Shown here piece by piece: positions 25,681-39,710 of a stretch of DNA of 64,000 nt. The notes beneath the pieces are model-generated. The model ran no database searches and was not told where the DNA came from. It saw only the letters and a list, made by a program, of their open reading frames with translations. The stretch is from Octopus vulgaris. Lineage: Eukaryota. The translations under genes and the position numbers were made by a program. The stretch covers positions 7,626,001-7,690,000 of the forward strand of contig OX597829.1 of the NCBI GenBank assembly GCA_951406725.2, written 5' to 3'. Position 1 is the stretch's first letter. Each line of letters starts with the position of its first letter.

Positions 25681-26642
25681 TGCTTGATTGACATGAGGAC
25701 AGCTACGAGGAGCTACATTCCAGTTTCAATTCTATTTATGGTGAAAGTATATATACACTCCCAACTATTGAGGACTTCTTGTACTAGAAATCTAATATAC
25801 ATTAATTGTGGTGCCAAGTTTATTATCAGTAATTCAATAGAATATTTAGAATAATTATCCAATGGGAAAGGCACATTGTTCTTGTTAATCTTCATTACAC
25901 CCCACCCCCCACAAATTTACAATGAATTACAAAATGTATGACATAGTTCTTGAACAGATTGTACTTTTGTATATTCAGCTATAATAAAATATGACATCTA
26001 TAGCAATCCTTTTTATAATAATGATGTTTTATATTTTTTCTATATTTAAAACTTGCTGTGAAAATATTCAGAAAATCAAATTTATGGAACTTCTTTAACA
26101 TTCTTACAGAGTTTAGGGGACATTTTACTATCATGTTCTTGCTAAAAATAATTGTCTCTCTCTAAGTTACAGGAAGCCCAACCGTATAAGATTAACAAAA
26201 TACCATTACTATTCTCACAGACAATCTGTATGAGATATGGTATTCTAAAATGTTGGTCTTAAAACACATGGTCTGCCATTTTACACTTCGTAGCATCATC
26301 TATGTGGAATAAGTTTCCACGGTCTCCATTTTAAAGCCAATAAGGAAATTGGTATGAGATACGTTAGCTGTTATACTGAATAAAGTCAAACAGCTATGTA
26401 AAAACGGCTTCAGTGACTTCTGCGCATCTTGCTCAAATAACAGAACCCCGTTTGGCAACAGAGATTCAGTTAGCATATTAGACAGGTTGAGTAAATAGAA
26501 AGCAAAAACTCTTTTGCTATGCTATACTTATTTAAAGAAATTGGGGAAGGATCTCTAAAAAAGGTGGTAGTTAACACCAAGAAATTAAATGAAATTCTTT
26601 GTGAAGGGAAATTATGTGATATCAGGGAAAGAGCCCCACCCG

Positions 26643-26648
26643 CTAATT
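26643..26648 (-). CDS. Candidate start of an alternative last exon (N-stop) after exon 27567-27692
   Basis: Long T-rich tract ending ttcag|AAT TAG, ~920 nt downstream of a phase-0 donor and followed by ~900 nt of repeat-poor sequence (possible 3' UTR). Confidence 0.35.
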   Translation of the reverse strand, partial: N

Positions 26649-26875
26649 CTGAAAAAAAAAAGAAAAAAAAGATTTGCTTTCTGAAATCTGTCTTGACCAA
26701 CAACAATAATTTATCATGTCACACAAATGATTAGTGATTAAGAGTAAAATAGTTAATAATTTTGTTTACCAAATCTTATTAGAGTAAAGAAAGTATTATA
26801 GTATGGCAAAATATGGAAAACAAAGGTACAGATCATTCTCCACAACAAAATTGATTACCAGTTCCTAACTGCAAG

Positions 26876-26892
26876 TACATGCATGTATGTGC

Positions 26893-26923
<31 letters not shown>

Positions 26924-26990
26924 AATATGTATATATATATGTATGTATATATATATATGTATGTATATATATATATATATATATATATGA

Positions 26991-27049
<59 letters not shown>

Positions 27050-27170
27050 TATGTATATATGTGTGTGTGTGTGTGTGTGTATGTATGTGCACATGCACAC
27101 ATACATGCAGTATACTGTATACTTACACACACACACACATACATATATATATATACACTCTGTGTGTGTA
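26876..27170. repeat. Compound (TA)/(TG)/(CA) microsatellite
   Basis: Directly visible. Confidence 0.95.
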
Positions 27171-27566
27171 TTACATATTTTATAATTGAGTGAGTATTGG
27201 TATTGATTTTAATACAAAATATTACAGTGCTTAGCACATGCTTTGATGAAGATGTCCAAAGGTAGTTAATATATGTTTAATTCATATACATTAACTGATA
27301 CAGACACACAATAGAGACACTCTTGAAAAACAGTGCATATTTACAACAAACAATGTTTGATTAAACTTGACAAAGAAAAATTTTAAAAAAACAGCAACAA
27401 CTCAAAAAGAAAAAAAAGCTAAGAAAAATTGAAACAGAAGAAACCATAAGCAAGGTGGTGAGTGGTTCTGTGAGAAATATATATTAAAAAGGTGTGAGGG
27501 TAAAAAACAAGAGAGTGACGACAACAACATAAGGGGATATAGAGAGGGAGAGTTTTAGGCACATAC

Positions 27567-27692
27567 TGAGACAGGTGGCGCCACCGGTTTGACTTCTCTG
27601 CTATCAGCAGAGCCTTCAGTCGAAGCTTCTAGCTCATTCTCTTCAGCAGCCTTCTTTTCATTATCAGATTGTGAACTGAAGATACGTTCCAA
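27567..27692 (-). CDS. Internal coding exon (126 nt, phase 0-0) of an unidentified gene: LERIFSSQSDNEKKAAEENELEASTEGSADSREVKPVAPPVS
   Basis: cctgttttcag|TTGGAA...GTCTCA|gtatgt. Only frame 0 is open (the other two have stops), GC is raised over the flanks, and the sequence is not repeat-like. Confidence 0.85.
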
Positions 27693-28086
27693 CTGAAAAC
27701 AGGTACGAAGAATGACTATCAATATTGAAGCACTTAGACATCTCCAGCTGACAAAGTACTGATGATGACAATGATGATGATGATGTCAATAATAATAATA
27801 ATAATAATAATAAATTGCAAATGTGGGAATTGATGTTGAAACATTTCTATCACACACACACTAAGTATATGTATGTAAGCTTGAGTGTGAGAGTATATGT
27901 GTATATATGAATATATACATATATAGGTACACACACACACGCTTTTATATAAAACAGATTTTAAAATATTTGCTATCATCTGTAAACTGAATTCCAAATA
28001 TGGTATTAAAAGAAATCACATATAAATAACAATAAAACACTCAGGTATGGTTGAGATATAATAACAGGACAAATATCAAATGAAAT

Positions 28087-28170
28087 ATAGTAGTAGTAGT
28101 AGTTGTAGCAATAGTAATAATAATAGTAGTAGTAATAATAATAATAGTAGTAGTAGTAATAATGATGATG

Positions 28171-28201
<31 letters not shown>

Positions 28202-28221
28202 TGATGATGATGATGATGATG
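28087..28221. repeat. Compound (TAG)/(AAT)/(GAT) trinucleotide microsatellite
   Basis: Directly visible. Confidence 0.95.
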
Positions 28222-29019
28222 TAAACAAGTAACATAAAATTTGCATCAGACTGTCTGAAAGTATAAATTCACCAACTGAACACCCACACATAGTAAGAAA
28301 TTATAAAATCCAATTGATGTTATTCCTTCTTTTTCATTTATTCTTTAATTTTTTCTTTTTTTTTTTTTGTAATAAACCATCAATGAATTGTGGAACAAAA
28401 CAAAGACTTTAAAAAATCAATAAATAAAGGAATATTTATAAAATTAATCTTCAAATTGAAAGCAACAATGATGCCCGTCGATTAATGTTAGCCAAAAGCT
28501 ATTCTATATTTAACTTGGTGCATTTATTAAAGGCAATATTGTGATATTGCGTGTAATGACGATGATGATAATGATATTGATGATGGTAAAGTTGAATGAA
28601 GAAAGTTGCTGAAATTCCACATGAGTGTCTATATAGCAAGCTTAGAAGATAGTGTTCTTTCTGAAAGAAATACTATCAAGAACATCAAGATCAACTTCTA
28701 ACTATAAATCTACTTCAGAACAATGTTAGTTACAAACTGGTTTCAGTAATGTAGAGAAAAGAAACCTTTAATAATGATTAAATAATGGCGATGATGGGGA
28801 CAATCATTTCTTTTATTTGTGACCAGTGCAAGGGATGAGCAGGGGACAATAAAAAAGATACATAGCGTAAAAAAAAATAAAAAAGAACATTTACTCAGAA
28901 TGGAATGATAAGAAAATAATACAAGTATACATGGTATACGATATTAACAACCAAAAATAAAATAAAGTATGCGTTTGAATATATGTGAATTAAGAAAGAA
29001 ATGGATGAAAAGTGAAGAA

Positions 29020-29136
29020 AACATTGGCAGAATTTGAACTCAACACAAAGTCACAGATGAAATGCTGCCAAGCATTTTGTCCAGAGTACTAAGGAGTGTG
29101 CCAAGTTGCTGCCTAAATAATGATGATGATGATAAA

Positions 29137-29169
<33 letters not shown>

Positions 29170-29377
29170 TTCTACTATAGGAACAAGGCCTGAAATTTAG
29201 TGCGAGGGCACTAGTCGATTACATCGACCCCCCAGTACTCAACAGGTACTTAATTTATCAACCCTGAAAAGATGAAAGGCAATTCTTGACAGAATTTAAA
29301 CTCAGAACATAGCAATAGGCAAATTACCAATAAGCATTTCGTCCAGCATGTTAGCAATTTTACCAGCACACTGCCTT
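29020..29377 (-). mobile_element. Two tandem SINE fragments (family of 40490-40702) separated by (AAT)n
   Basis: The motif gcagaatttgaactca / gacagaatttaaactcagaac occurs twice. Confidence 0.75.
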
Positions 29378-29420
<43 letters not shown>

Positions 29421-29432
29421 GTAATAATAATA

Positions 29433-29480
<48 letters not shown>

Positions 29481-29524
29481 TAATAATAATAATAATAACA
29501 ATTATAATAATAATAATAATAATG

Positions 29525-29555
<31 letters not shown>

Positions 29556-29694
29556 TAATGATAATAATAATAATGATAATAATAATAATAATAATATTAA
29601 TAATAATAATAATAATAACAACAACAATAATAACAATAATAATAATAATAATAATTTCAATAATAATAAAAATAACAATAATAATAATAATTTC

Positions 29695-29726
<32 letters not shown>

Positions 29727-29734
29727 TAATAATG

Positions 29735-29768
<34 letters not shown>

Positions 29769-30016
29769 TAATAATAATAATAATGATGATAATAATAATA
29801 ATAATAATAATAATATTAAGAATGATAATAATAACAATAATAATAACAACAATAATAATAATAATGATGATAATAACAATAATAATAATAATAATATTAA
29901 TAATGATAATAATAATAATAATAATAATAATGATAATAATAATAGTAATAATAATAATGATAATAATAATAATAATAGTAATAGTAATAATAATAATAAT
30001 AATAATATTAATAATG

Positions 30017-30085
<69 letters not shown>
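29378..30085. repeat. ~700-bp imperfect (AAT)n tract
   Basis: AAT with interspersed GAT, AAC, ATT and AGT variants; source of the poly-I and poly-L ORFs. Confidence 0.98.
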
Positions 30086-32590
30086 GCCCCCAAAACAAAT
30101 GGCAATATCACTGAGCTAAAAGACATAATATATGCAGCAGCCACTGCAACCACAAAAGAAGCTGGATGCTCCCTCAAACCCATCTTAACAAGAATACCAC
30201 CACCTAAACAAATCCTGTCGATAAATAACATCCCAAAAAATAGAAAAAAAATAGAAAAGATCTGTCGATTCTTAACAAAATTAGTAGACAATCACAACTA
30301 CTAAGTAACAAGAAGAAAATACTGTACAAATACAACATTACACAAAAAGATTTACCTGAGGTATAAGAAAAGCTAAAGATATCCTTGCCAAAGCACAAAG
30401 GATCTGCCGGTATGAGAAACGCCAACTTTTCTTTGAACAGAACAAGCAATTCAACTCCAACCCCCAAAAGTTCTACCAATAATGTGGCAAAAATAAAACA
30501 GAGATCACTGCAGTACCAACAGCAGAAGTGGAAGAATTTTGGAAAGAAATATGGTCGGCGAAGGAACAACCTCAGAAAAGGATTATTAACATAACAAACT
30601 CAGCACCTGAGCAACTTTGGACTCCAATAACAACTGAAGAGGTCACCCAGGCACTGCAAAGACTAAGCAACTGGAAGGCACCTGGGCATGACAAGATCCC
30701 CAACTTCTGGTTAAAATATCTATCAGGAATACACAAAAAACTGGCTGAAAACTTTAACAACATACTAGCAGAGCCAGAGACAATGCCTGAATAGTCACGA
30801 AAGGGAAAACTATCTTAATTCCCAAATCCAATGAGACAGCAAAACCAGAAAACTACAGACCTATAACCTTTCTCCCTACAATGTACAAAGCCCTTACTGT
30901 TGTAATATCGCAAATAATGAACAAGCACCTGGACGAAAACAACCTGTTTCCAGAAGAGCAGAAAGGATGCTGCAAAGGCTCATATGGCTGTAAAGATCAA
31001 CTAATGATCAATAAAGCCATAACTGAAGACAGCCGCAGAAAGAAGAAAGGCCTCAGTAAGGCCTGGATCGACTACCGAAAGGCGTTTGATAGCATTCCCC
31101 ACACATGGATCCTCGAAACACTAGCCATTAACAAAGTAGCACCAACAATCATAAAATTCACAGAGCACTCTATGAATAAATGGCAAACAGTCCTACACCT
31201 CCAAACAAAAGAGGGACTTGTGAAAACCAAAGCCATCCCCATTAGAAGAGGAATATTCCAGGGAGACACACTATCTCCACTCCTTTTCTGCTTGGCACTG
31301 TCACCTCTATCTGATATGCTAAATAGAACTGGATGCGGATACAAATGTTATGGCAAAACAATCCGCCACCTTATATATATGGATGACCTAAAACTATACG
31401 CTGCAAATGACAAACAGCTGGAAACACTATTAAAGACAGTTCATGGATTCACCAAAGAAATAGATATGAAATTTGGATTAGAAAAATGCACCAAAGTAAC
31501 CCTGAAAAGAGGAAATCTAGTTAAGAGTAGCAACATCACAATAGATAAAGCCAATGAAATAAAAGAATTAGACCAAAGCCAAATTTACAAATACTTAGGA
31601 ATCCATCAACTAGATAAGACACAACACACAAATGATGGCGAAAATAAAAAAGGAATATTATAGACGAGTTAGATCAATACTAAAAACAGAGCTCAATGCT
31701 AAAAACAAGATAATAGTTATTAACACTTTAGCCATCTCAGTTGTAAGTCACAGCTACAATATCCTTAACTGGACACCAAATGAACTGACCAAAATAGACA
31801 GGAAAATAAAAGAAATAATGACAGGATCTAGGATGCTCCACCAAAATTCTGACATAAATACTATGTATAGAAGGTGGTAGAGGCCTTATACAGCTAGAAA
31901 ACTATTATAAAATAACCGCCATAGGACTACAGAAGTACTTGATTCAGAAAGAAGGAAAACTAATACAAATAGCCACAAAACACGAGCAAAACAAAAAAAT
32001 ATTTTCAGTATTTAAGGAAGCTGACAAATACAAACAAAAAAATCATACTACCTAACAAATATGAAGAAGAAACAACAAAAGCTATAAGACAATTGAAAAC
32101 CAAACTAAAACTAAAACAGCAATGAACCATGATAAGGATCATGAAGTAAAGAATGGTTTCTAATTGATGTATCAATACCAACAGATGACGTTTCTCTTAA
32201 AGAAATGGAGAAACTCTCAAAATACAAAGACCTGGAGATAAAAGGTAACTCGAATGTGGAATCTAAAAACAGAAACAATCTCTATCATAGTAGGTGCATT
32301 AGGCATGATAAAAAAATATTCAGACAAATACATAATAAAAACACCAGGACTTACAAACACATATAACATACAGAAAATTGCACTATTGGGCACTGCACAC
32401 ATCCTATGCAGAACACTTTCCATACAATAACCATCAGAGCATCACAACAAATCACAGCACATACCCAAGGCACACAGAGCTGCGCTCGGCAGTGAAGTGA
32501 AAGCACGCTATAAAAATAAAACTACTGAATAATGATAATAATAATAATGATAATAATAATAATAATAATAATGATAATAATAATAATAAT
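30086..32590 (+). mobile_element. R4/Dong-type non-LTR retrotransposon (RT + restriction-like endonuclease); 5'-truncated, frameshifted, internally deleted
   Basis: NWKAPGHDKIPNFWLK, ENYRPIT, EEQKGC, AWIDYRKAFDSIPH, RGIFQGDTLSPLLF, HLIYMDDLKLYA, FGLEKC, YKYLG; C-terminal LIDVSIP..D, EKLSKYKDL, IIVGALG, LLGTAHIL; (AAT)n at both ends. Confidence 0.93.
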
Positions 32591-32989
32591 TGTTTCTAAT
32601 TTTAGGACTAAGTCAGCAGTTTTGAGGCAAGGAGCCTAGTCTATCAGACCAAATTTAGTCTAAGGCTGGTACCTTATTTCCCTAGGAGGGGATGAAAGAC
32701 AAAATTGATTTTGACAGAATATGAACTCAGACTGTGAAGAACTGGAATAAATACTTAAAGGCAATTTGTGTGAAGCTCTAATAATTCTGGCAAAGCATCA
32801 GCATAATTGCTTTTTAACCTAAATATCAGGAATATATTTCAATTTTTTATGTTTTTATATTTGAGTATAATACTACTTCATAATTTAAAAAGAAAAATTT
32901 GCATTAAATTTCTTGTATTACGTGAGTAAGCACAATGATGATGATGATGATGATGATAATAATAATTTGACTTTGACGAAAATCTTTAC

Positions 32990-34740
32990 ATGGTTAAATG
33001 AGAAATCATTGAAATGAATGTGTAATACAAAGCAATGTATGAAAGTGGATAGTTGAATGGTGAATAACTTTGATTATGGAAGATCCAATGAAAGGAAATG
33101 AGTAGAAAATTATCAACCAATCACCCAACTCAACCTGTTATTAACAGGCATTTTTACTGAGAAAACCACACAAGCAGGGCAAATTACTACTTATTGAATA
33201 GAAGGATTGCAGGAAACACATAAATGCACCAAACACTGTCTGATCTGGGACAAAAGAATTGCAAGAGATGACAATAATTAGTGAATAACAAAAAACAAAA
33301 AAAAAAGAAGAAAAGAAAAGAAAAGAAGAAAGAAAAAAGGCCTGCGAGAGATGTTTCCCTATTCTCATATTGTGGAGCTAGTGTGTTTGGCAGGGCTGTA
33401 AACCTCATCAGCACCCTCAATGGAAAGGTGACATACTGGAAAATAAATTAAATAGTGAAAAGGAAATCACTGCTGTTGCTGTAAAGAAGACATATCTTTC
33501 AGTGTGACTCTTTCTCTCCTTTGTCATTTACTACAATTCTAATATCTATTTCAATGACAACATCTGCTAGAAACAAGTGAGACCTGTACGCTCCATCTTC
33601 AATTCGTTTTTACTTGATGGACGAATTAAAGATATTCATGATGCCAAACAAGGAGATTCATTCACTGTTAAAACCATAAAGGAGTGATGCAGCGATGTGA
33701 AATGTAGTTAAGTAAATCAAAATGTGTGACTTTAGTCATAAAAAGAAGGAAGATAAACTCACTGTAATGAAACAATTTCATTTGTTAAGGGAATGGATTT
33801 CAGAACCCAATGACAATTGACACAAGTGCCTAGCCGTAGTGGAACTTAGTGATATCATGAACAAAGAGATGCAGGAAAAAAATGGTAACTATATTTGAAA
33901 AGACTAAAGCTTATTGATGTTCATTCTTTTTCATCTAGATCTTTACATTCTGAGTTCATATTCTGCTGAGGTTGACTTTGTCTTTCATCCCTTCAGGGTT
34001 GATAAAATAAATATCAGTTGAGCACTGAAGCAGTGTGTGTGGATATGGGGGGGGGGGGGTCAATGTAACTGACGTACCCCACCTCCACCCTAAAATTGCT
34101 GGCCTTGTGTCAAAATTTGAAACCATTAAAGTACTGGAATAGTGAATTAGATGAAAGATAAAGTGGATGCATGAGAGAGAAAAATGAGTAGAACTTTATG
34201 TAAGGAATACTTTGCCTGAAGGCAAACACCAGTCATTTATACTTAAAATGGAGGAATTGGAGATAAGGTCAATAAACCATTACCAAGCAATAATTGCTAA
34301 AGTATCAAAACATGCTGTAATGGAACTGTGACATAATGGTGTTGACCTTCAAGAGAAGAGTCTTTGGACAAAGTAGGGTAATATGTGAAGGAAAGGAAGC
34401 ACTAGAAGAAATGCCGTTATATCAATAGTTCTACAGAATTTTTATGGGAGTGGTTCTAGAGAAAAGATTTAAAGAAAGAAATGGAGAAAATGTTTGTAGC
34501 TACAGAAAATGAACCCCTAAATATTGCTTCAGTGATGAAACATATTTATGGCATTGCTTCAACATCATTGTCTATATAATGATTAAAAAATATCTTACAT
34601 ATGGTAACAGATTGTAAAATAGGAGCTTGGAAAGAGTAAAAGCAAGGATAAAGTTTGTCTTAATTTGCAGGGATCTCTATGAAGAGGAAAATGAGTTCAG
34701 ACACTACTCCTTTGAAGAGAAGTACCAGAAAAGGCCTTAG
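32990..34740 (+). mobile_element. Older, heavily decayed R4/Dong-type LINE with a SINE inserted at ~33940-34125
   Basis: Residual VENYQPIT (~33100), IFQCDSFSPL (~33495) and LMDELKIF (~33615) motifs in the same order as in 30086-32590. Confidence 0.65.
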
Positions 34741-37675
34741 ATCAGTATTTCTCAATATCATTGTTGCATACCCCACACCGATTTAAAACACACACAAAAA
34801 AAATAATAATAACCTATAACCTCACTCTCCTATATCCAACCACAAATTAAAACTTTATTCTATGTTTTATATTGAAACACAGCTCAAATGTTATAAATCT
34901 ATTAAAATTATATAGCATTTGGGGGAAATGGTTATAATGATGTGATGACAACAAAGAAGATGACAATGAGGTTGATGAGGATGACTGTAATACTGATTAG
35001 TGGTGGATGAGTAAGACTATTGATTGAGGCATAAACAGTGATTCAGTCATTGCTATTTAGTCCCAGATCAATTTTTATCCAGCATATCTGTCATCAAAAG
35101 CAATCAGGCTGAGACCATTTCCTTTTCTCAGACATAATGCATCTAGGACAACATTCAGCCCTTGTGATTCATTTCCCAACCATTTTTTCCTGATTACTCT
35201 ATCCATTTAAGAAAAAAAAAAAAATTCTAAAAAAATTTTTGACTTCTTGCAAATAGCAACCAAATCTCCTTCAATTCATATTCAGCTGTCTGAGACACTG
35301 ATATAAAAAAAAAAAGAAAAGAAAAAAATGATGATATGGTCATGACTAGAGTGTCTTTGAGCCTAGATCTATTTCATGAAAACTAATTTAGAACTTATAA
35401 TAGCAACAAGCAGACAAAAAAACATATCCATTCCTATTTAATTTTTGTTTTGCTTATTCTTTATTTTAATTATATACGTATAGGACATTTAAAAAGAAAA
35501 AAACAAAAAAATATACATATGTACATACATGCAAACATCTATCCATCCACACATGAATACACACATACATATGTATGTACATCTATACATGCATACATAT
35601 ATGCATGCACGTACACACACACACACACGTACATACGTTTGGTCAACAAAACAGTTTATGACAAGATATTAATATTCTTCATTCTAAAAGAGTCAGAGCA
35701 AGTAAGATATTTTAGTTTAAAAGCATTTAATCAAGATTTGATATTTCTTCCAGCCTGGTTCCAAAGACATTAAGATAATCTGTGTTATAGAGTGCTATCC
35801 AGCATATTCTTCTGATTATAAATTACTTTCTATTGCCATAATTTTGGTAAAATCTCCATCAGTTAAATTGTACTTATATGAAAATAATTTGATTAAAGCA
35901 ATTTTGGGAATTAAAATAAACTATACAAATATCAATAATCTATAATTACTGGCAGGAAATAATGATAATAATGATGGTGGTGGTGATGCTGCTGATGTCG
36001 ATGATGTTATGATAATGACAATGACGATGATGGTGATCACAATAACAATAATATAGAAGTTAGAAAAATTCATGTATTATTCTGTTAAGGAAATGCTCAC
36101 CAATAAAGGATAAGCTTTGAAATTAAATTAAAATAATATAGATATTTTTCTTGTCATTTAAATTAATCCTGACAAATATTTGTTTGCTGCCAAGAAGAAG
36201 AATAAAAATGTAAAAGAATGATATTTGATATGAGTACCTGTGTGTGTTTGTGATACAGTACTGAGTGTGTATATAACAGAAAATATTAATAAAGAAATAA
36301 CAGAATGATGTTCACTTTTTGGTGTAATCAATGATGATGATGATGATACTAATACTAATAATAATTCATTTACATTGATTACATACACTGCAACAAAGGT
36401 AAAATTATTTATTAAAAAACAGTTAAAACCAAAACTGAAAATATCTGACTAAATAATTGGGCATAAGAAACATTAGACATGGTGTGCAAGAGAGAAGACT
36501 GCACCAGTTTGATCATGTGATGCAGACGAATGAGAACAGCTGTATAAAGAAGAGCTGATTGCTAAACACAAATGGAAAGAGGGTTCTGTAAAGAAGACTC
36601 AACTCAAAATGTTGAGCTTCTTTGAGATGATAAAGGACTGAAATGAATAATGAAAAAGCTGTGTTTGAGAAAACCTGTCCCTCTCAGTGAAAATGAGGTC
36701 CAGTCATGTCTTCCACCTTTTAATACCTATTCCTCCACCAATCGGCTAATTGTGCTAGTAGTACACACTCAGATGTTGCAAATAATACCAATTATCCCCA
36801 CCTCCCTTACACAGTTTATATTATATCCCTGCTGCTTTCCCTTATCAACTTCTCTTCCCTGACCAGTTCTTATTTTCTTTCCTTTACATCTCCAATCTAA
36901 TATTCACAGTATTCCCCCTCAAGCCACATCTGTAATGATCGGGCACTCTTTCATCATAAACACACTAACCTAGCCAGCTAAATTTTTCTGTTCCCCTATC
37001 ATTATTTCCTCTTTCATATTTTCACCATGTAGCATGACCTCACACCTTTTTCTCTTCTTCCAGATACAGTAGCCATTCAGTCAACTCTTTAACAAGACAC
37101 CTGCTTTTGTCCCTCTATTACATCCATCTATATTATACTCCGTTCAGTTGAGGGGCCTTGACTAGCAAGAACTCAGTGATGTTGCAAAAAAAAAAAAAAT
37201 TTTTTTAAAAAGCACCCAGAACATTCTGTGAAGTGGTTGACATTAGGAAGAGCATTCATGAGTTCAAGCCATGGCAAAGCAGATATACTGGAGCTTGGCA
37301 CAGCCTTCTAGCTCCTCAAACCAGCATGGAAAAAGGGATGATAAATGACAGTGATGTTAATAATGATATCTATAAGTATGCCTTGATGCATTTAATGTTG
37401 TTTAGGTGAACAAATCATTTGTCGTTATTATCTTTTTTGTATTAATTATTTAATATGGTTGACAAAATATTATTTTCCTTGAATTTTGTTTGTTTCAGCC
37501 AGATGGCTATGGTCAATGTTGAGGTTACTGCCTTTCAACTCATCACCTAAAATTAAATAATATTTACTAAGAAACAGAGTGCATGGATTCACTTAATAAA
37601 CTAGCCTCTCCCCTTGAATTTCAAGGCTGATGACTAATCAAAAAAACTATACTTTTTTTTTTCATGTTATTATTA

Positions 37676-39122
37676 TCAATATCTATAAATCTGAAATGCG
37701 AAAAGTTTGTTTGTCTGGTTTTGGCATTGGAACGTGTTAAAGGGCACTAGATCCCGTCGGATTGACTCCAAAATTTACAGGGACATGTAAAATGAGGTGA
37801 GGATATTAGTGGGATAGGTTAGAAATCCCTATCTTTAAAGGTGTCGTTACTAGGGCAAAAAACGCACACTTAGATAAGTCTTCTCTCATTCTTTTATCTG
37901 CCTGTCTTCCTCAATGTCTCTCTCTTTCCTCCCTTCCTTTCACATTCTCTCTATAACGTTGTTTGACGGCTACTATCTTTCACCCGCCGCCTTCACTCTT
38001 TCTATTATTATCGCCACCACGACTACACAATCATGAGAACAAATATTATGAATCAGATATTTATTGGGTTAATTTATATATGTGTATGTGTGTGTGTTCT
38101 ATATATAAATATGTATATACAATGTATATATACAAAGTGTATATATCTGTATTTATATATATATAATTAGTATACATTTGTATATATAATGCGTACACAC
38201 ACACACACACATATATATAATGCGTATACATGTACATATATATATTTAATGTGTGTGTATATATATATATATAATGTGTGCATTATGTGGCCAGTTGAGC
38301 TGAAAATATGCACACCTATGTTAAAAGTGCTGATGAGTTTGCATGGCAACTATTTTTTTCCTCAAATGAAAGGCGTGACCTCTAGGCCAAAATTCCTCAT
38401 CTTATAAAATGTGACCCGAGTGGACCCAAATGAAATCGGGTTATATTAACCAAAATGTTAAAAGGGGTCTAAATGGGGCTGGAAGGAGATTAAAATTTAC
38501 AGGAGCGGGTGTTTAGGAATTCTCTGTTACATCAAGGTAAACAATTTGCGCCAGCCTTTAAATCTTCAATGTGTTGCCGTCCATGATGAAGAAGTTTTGA
38601 ATGCTTGCATTGGTGAGTCTACTGTCGTGGGAAAGAATCACTTCAAAACTTAGTGTTTAGGAATTTTCTTTTACATCAAGTTCAAAATTTTATGTCACCC
38701 GTTAAACTGCCACTACGTTGCTGTCCGTCATTAAGAAATGCCAGCCATGGTGACTCTACTATCCTCAGATGCTATCCCTTCAAACTTTGGTTTCCAATAT
38801 TTTATTATTTTTATTCAAGTTCGCAAGTTCGTCTGTCCTTTTTAAATGTTATGAAGCAGACCTTTCCGTTGTCACTGCCTGATATTTATGAGTGAACTTT
38901 CAAAATATATTCTTTCTCAACTTACTCAAGATCTTTTGTTGTTTATAAATGGGAGAGAGATAGATAAAGATAGAGAGTAAGAGAAAGCGAGGGAGAGTCC
39001 GAGAGAAAGGAAGAGTAAGAGAGTGGGAAAGTGAGAGAGAAACAAAGGAGAATGTGGTGATAAAAAACAGAAAGTAACAACCACACTCTTACCCGCGCGT
39101 AGAGCGGGTCACCTTAAGCTAG
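37676..39122 (+). mobile_element. Non-autonomous Helitron
   Basis: Host A|TC 5' end (TCAATATCTATAAAT), 3' hairpin ACCCGC-gcgtaga-GCGGGT (39091-39109), then CTAG|T, with no TSD. The internal decayed fragment MSPVKLPLR..SLRN...QVRLSF resembles a PIF1-like Helitron helicase. Confidence 0.8.
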
Positions 39123-39134
39123 TTATTATTATAA

Positions 39135-39520
39135 AGGCAGTAAGCTGGTAGAATTGTTAGCATGGCATATAAAATGCTTAGAAGCATTTTGTGTCTTTAT
39201 GTTCTGAGTTCAAACTCTACCAAAGTTGAGTTTACCTCTCATTCTTTCAGACACAATAAAATAAGTACCAATCAAATGCTGGGGTGAAAGTAATCAACTA
39301 ATTCCCTCCTACAAACTTTCAGGACTTAGCTGGCAAAATTGTTAGCACAGCATTTTGACTGATTTTACGTTCTGAGTTCAAATTCCACCAAAGTCAACTT
39401 TGCCTTTCATCCTTCCGTGGTTGAGAAAATAATTACTAATTGAATATTGGGGTCGATGTAATCAACTTATTCCCTCATCTCAAACTTGCTGGCCTGTGCC
39501 AAAAATCTGTAACCATTCTT
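39135..39520 (+). mobile_element. Two tandem SINEs (family of 40490-40702)
   Basis: agctgg.a.aattgttagca...gttctgagttcaaa...ttt.cct.tcat.ctt occurs twice. Confidence 0.8.
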
Positions 39521-39710
39521 CTTATTATTATTTTACTTTTCAGAGCTCTCGATCTTACTTGTTCTGGTTGAATCTGTGTGACTGGACAGCAACCTGTTGT
39601 CAAAGGTCTTACAGGGTATCTTCCTGAAAATTGTAAGTATTGGTACTTGGTTGTTAACATGGAAGACACTCAACACCCAAGCACCAATCTCAATTATTAC
39701 TAGTATTATT
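39521..39710 (-). mobile_element. R4/Dong-type 3' fragment with (TAA)n tail
   Basis: Minus strand shows VIIEIGA...TIFRKI-like terminal residues, a short UTR, then aaaataataataa. Confidence 0.5.

Noticed and set aside
27567-27692. Assigning a gene symbol (e.g. from LERIF resembling the Cav-beta IERIFELAR motif)
   Set aside because: The similarity stops after five residues; no family is recognisable from these peptides.
29348-30304. 318-aa poly-Ile ORF and antisense poly-Ile/poly-Leu ORFs
   Set aside because: Translation of the (AAT)n tract running into the truncated Dong-type LINE.
39544-39632. Plus-strand exon-like segment (ttttcag...gtaagt)
   Set aside because: 89 nt with stops in all three frames; lies antisense within a Dong-type 3' fragment.
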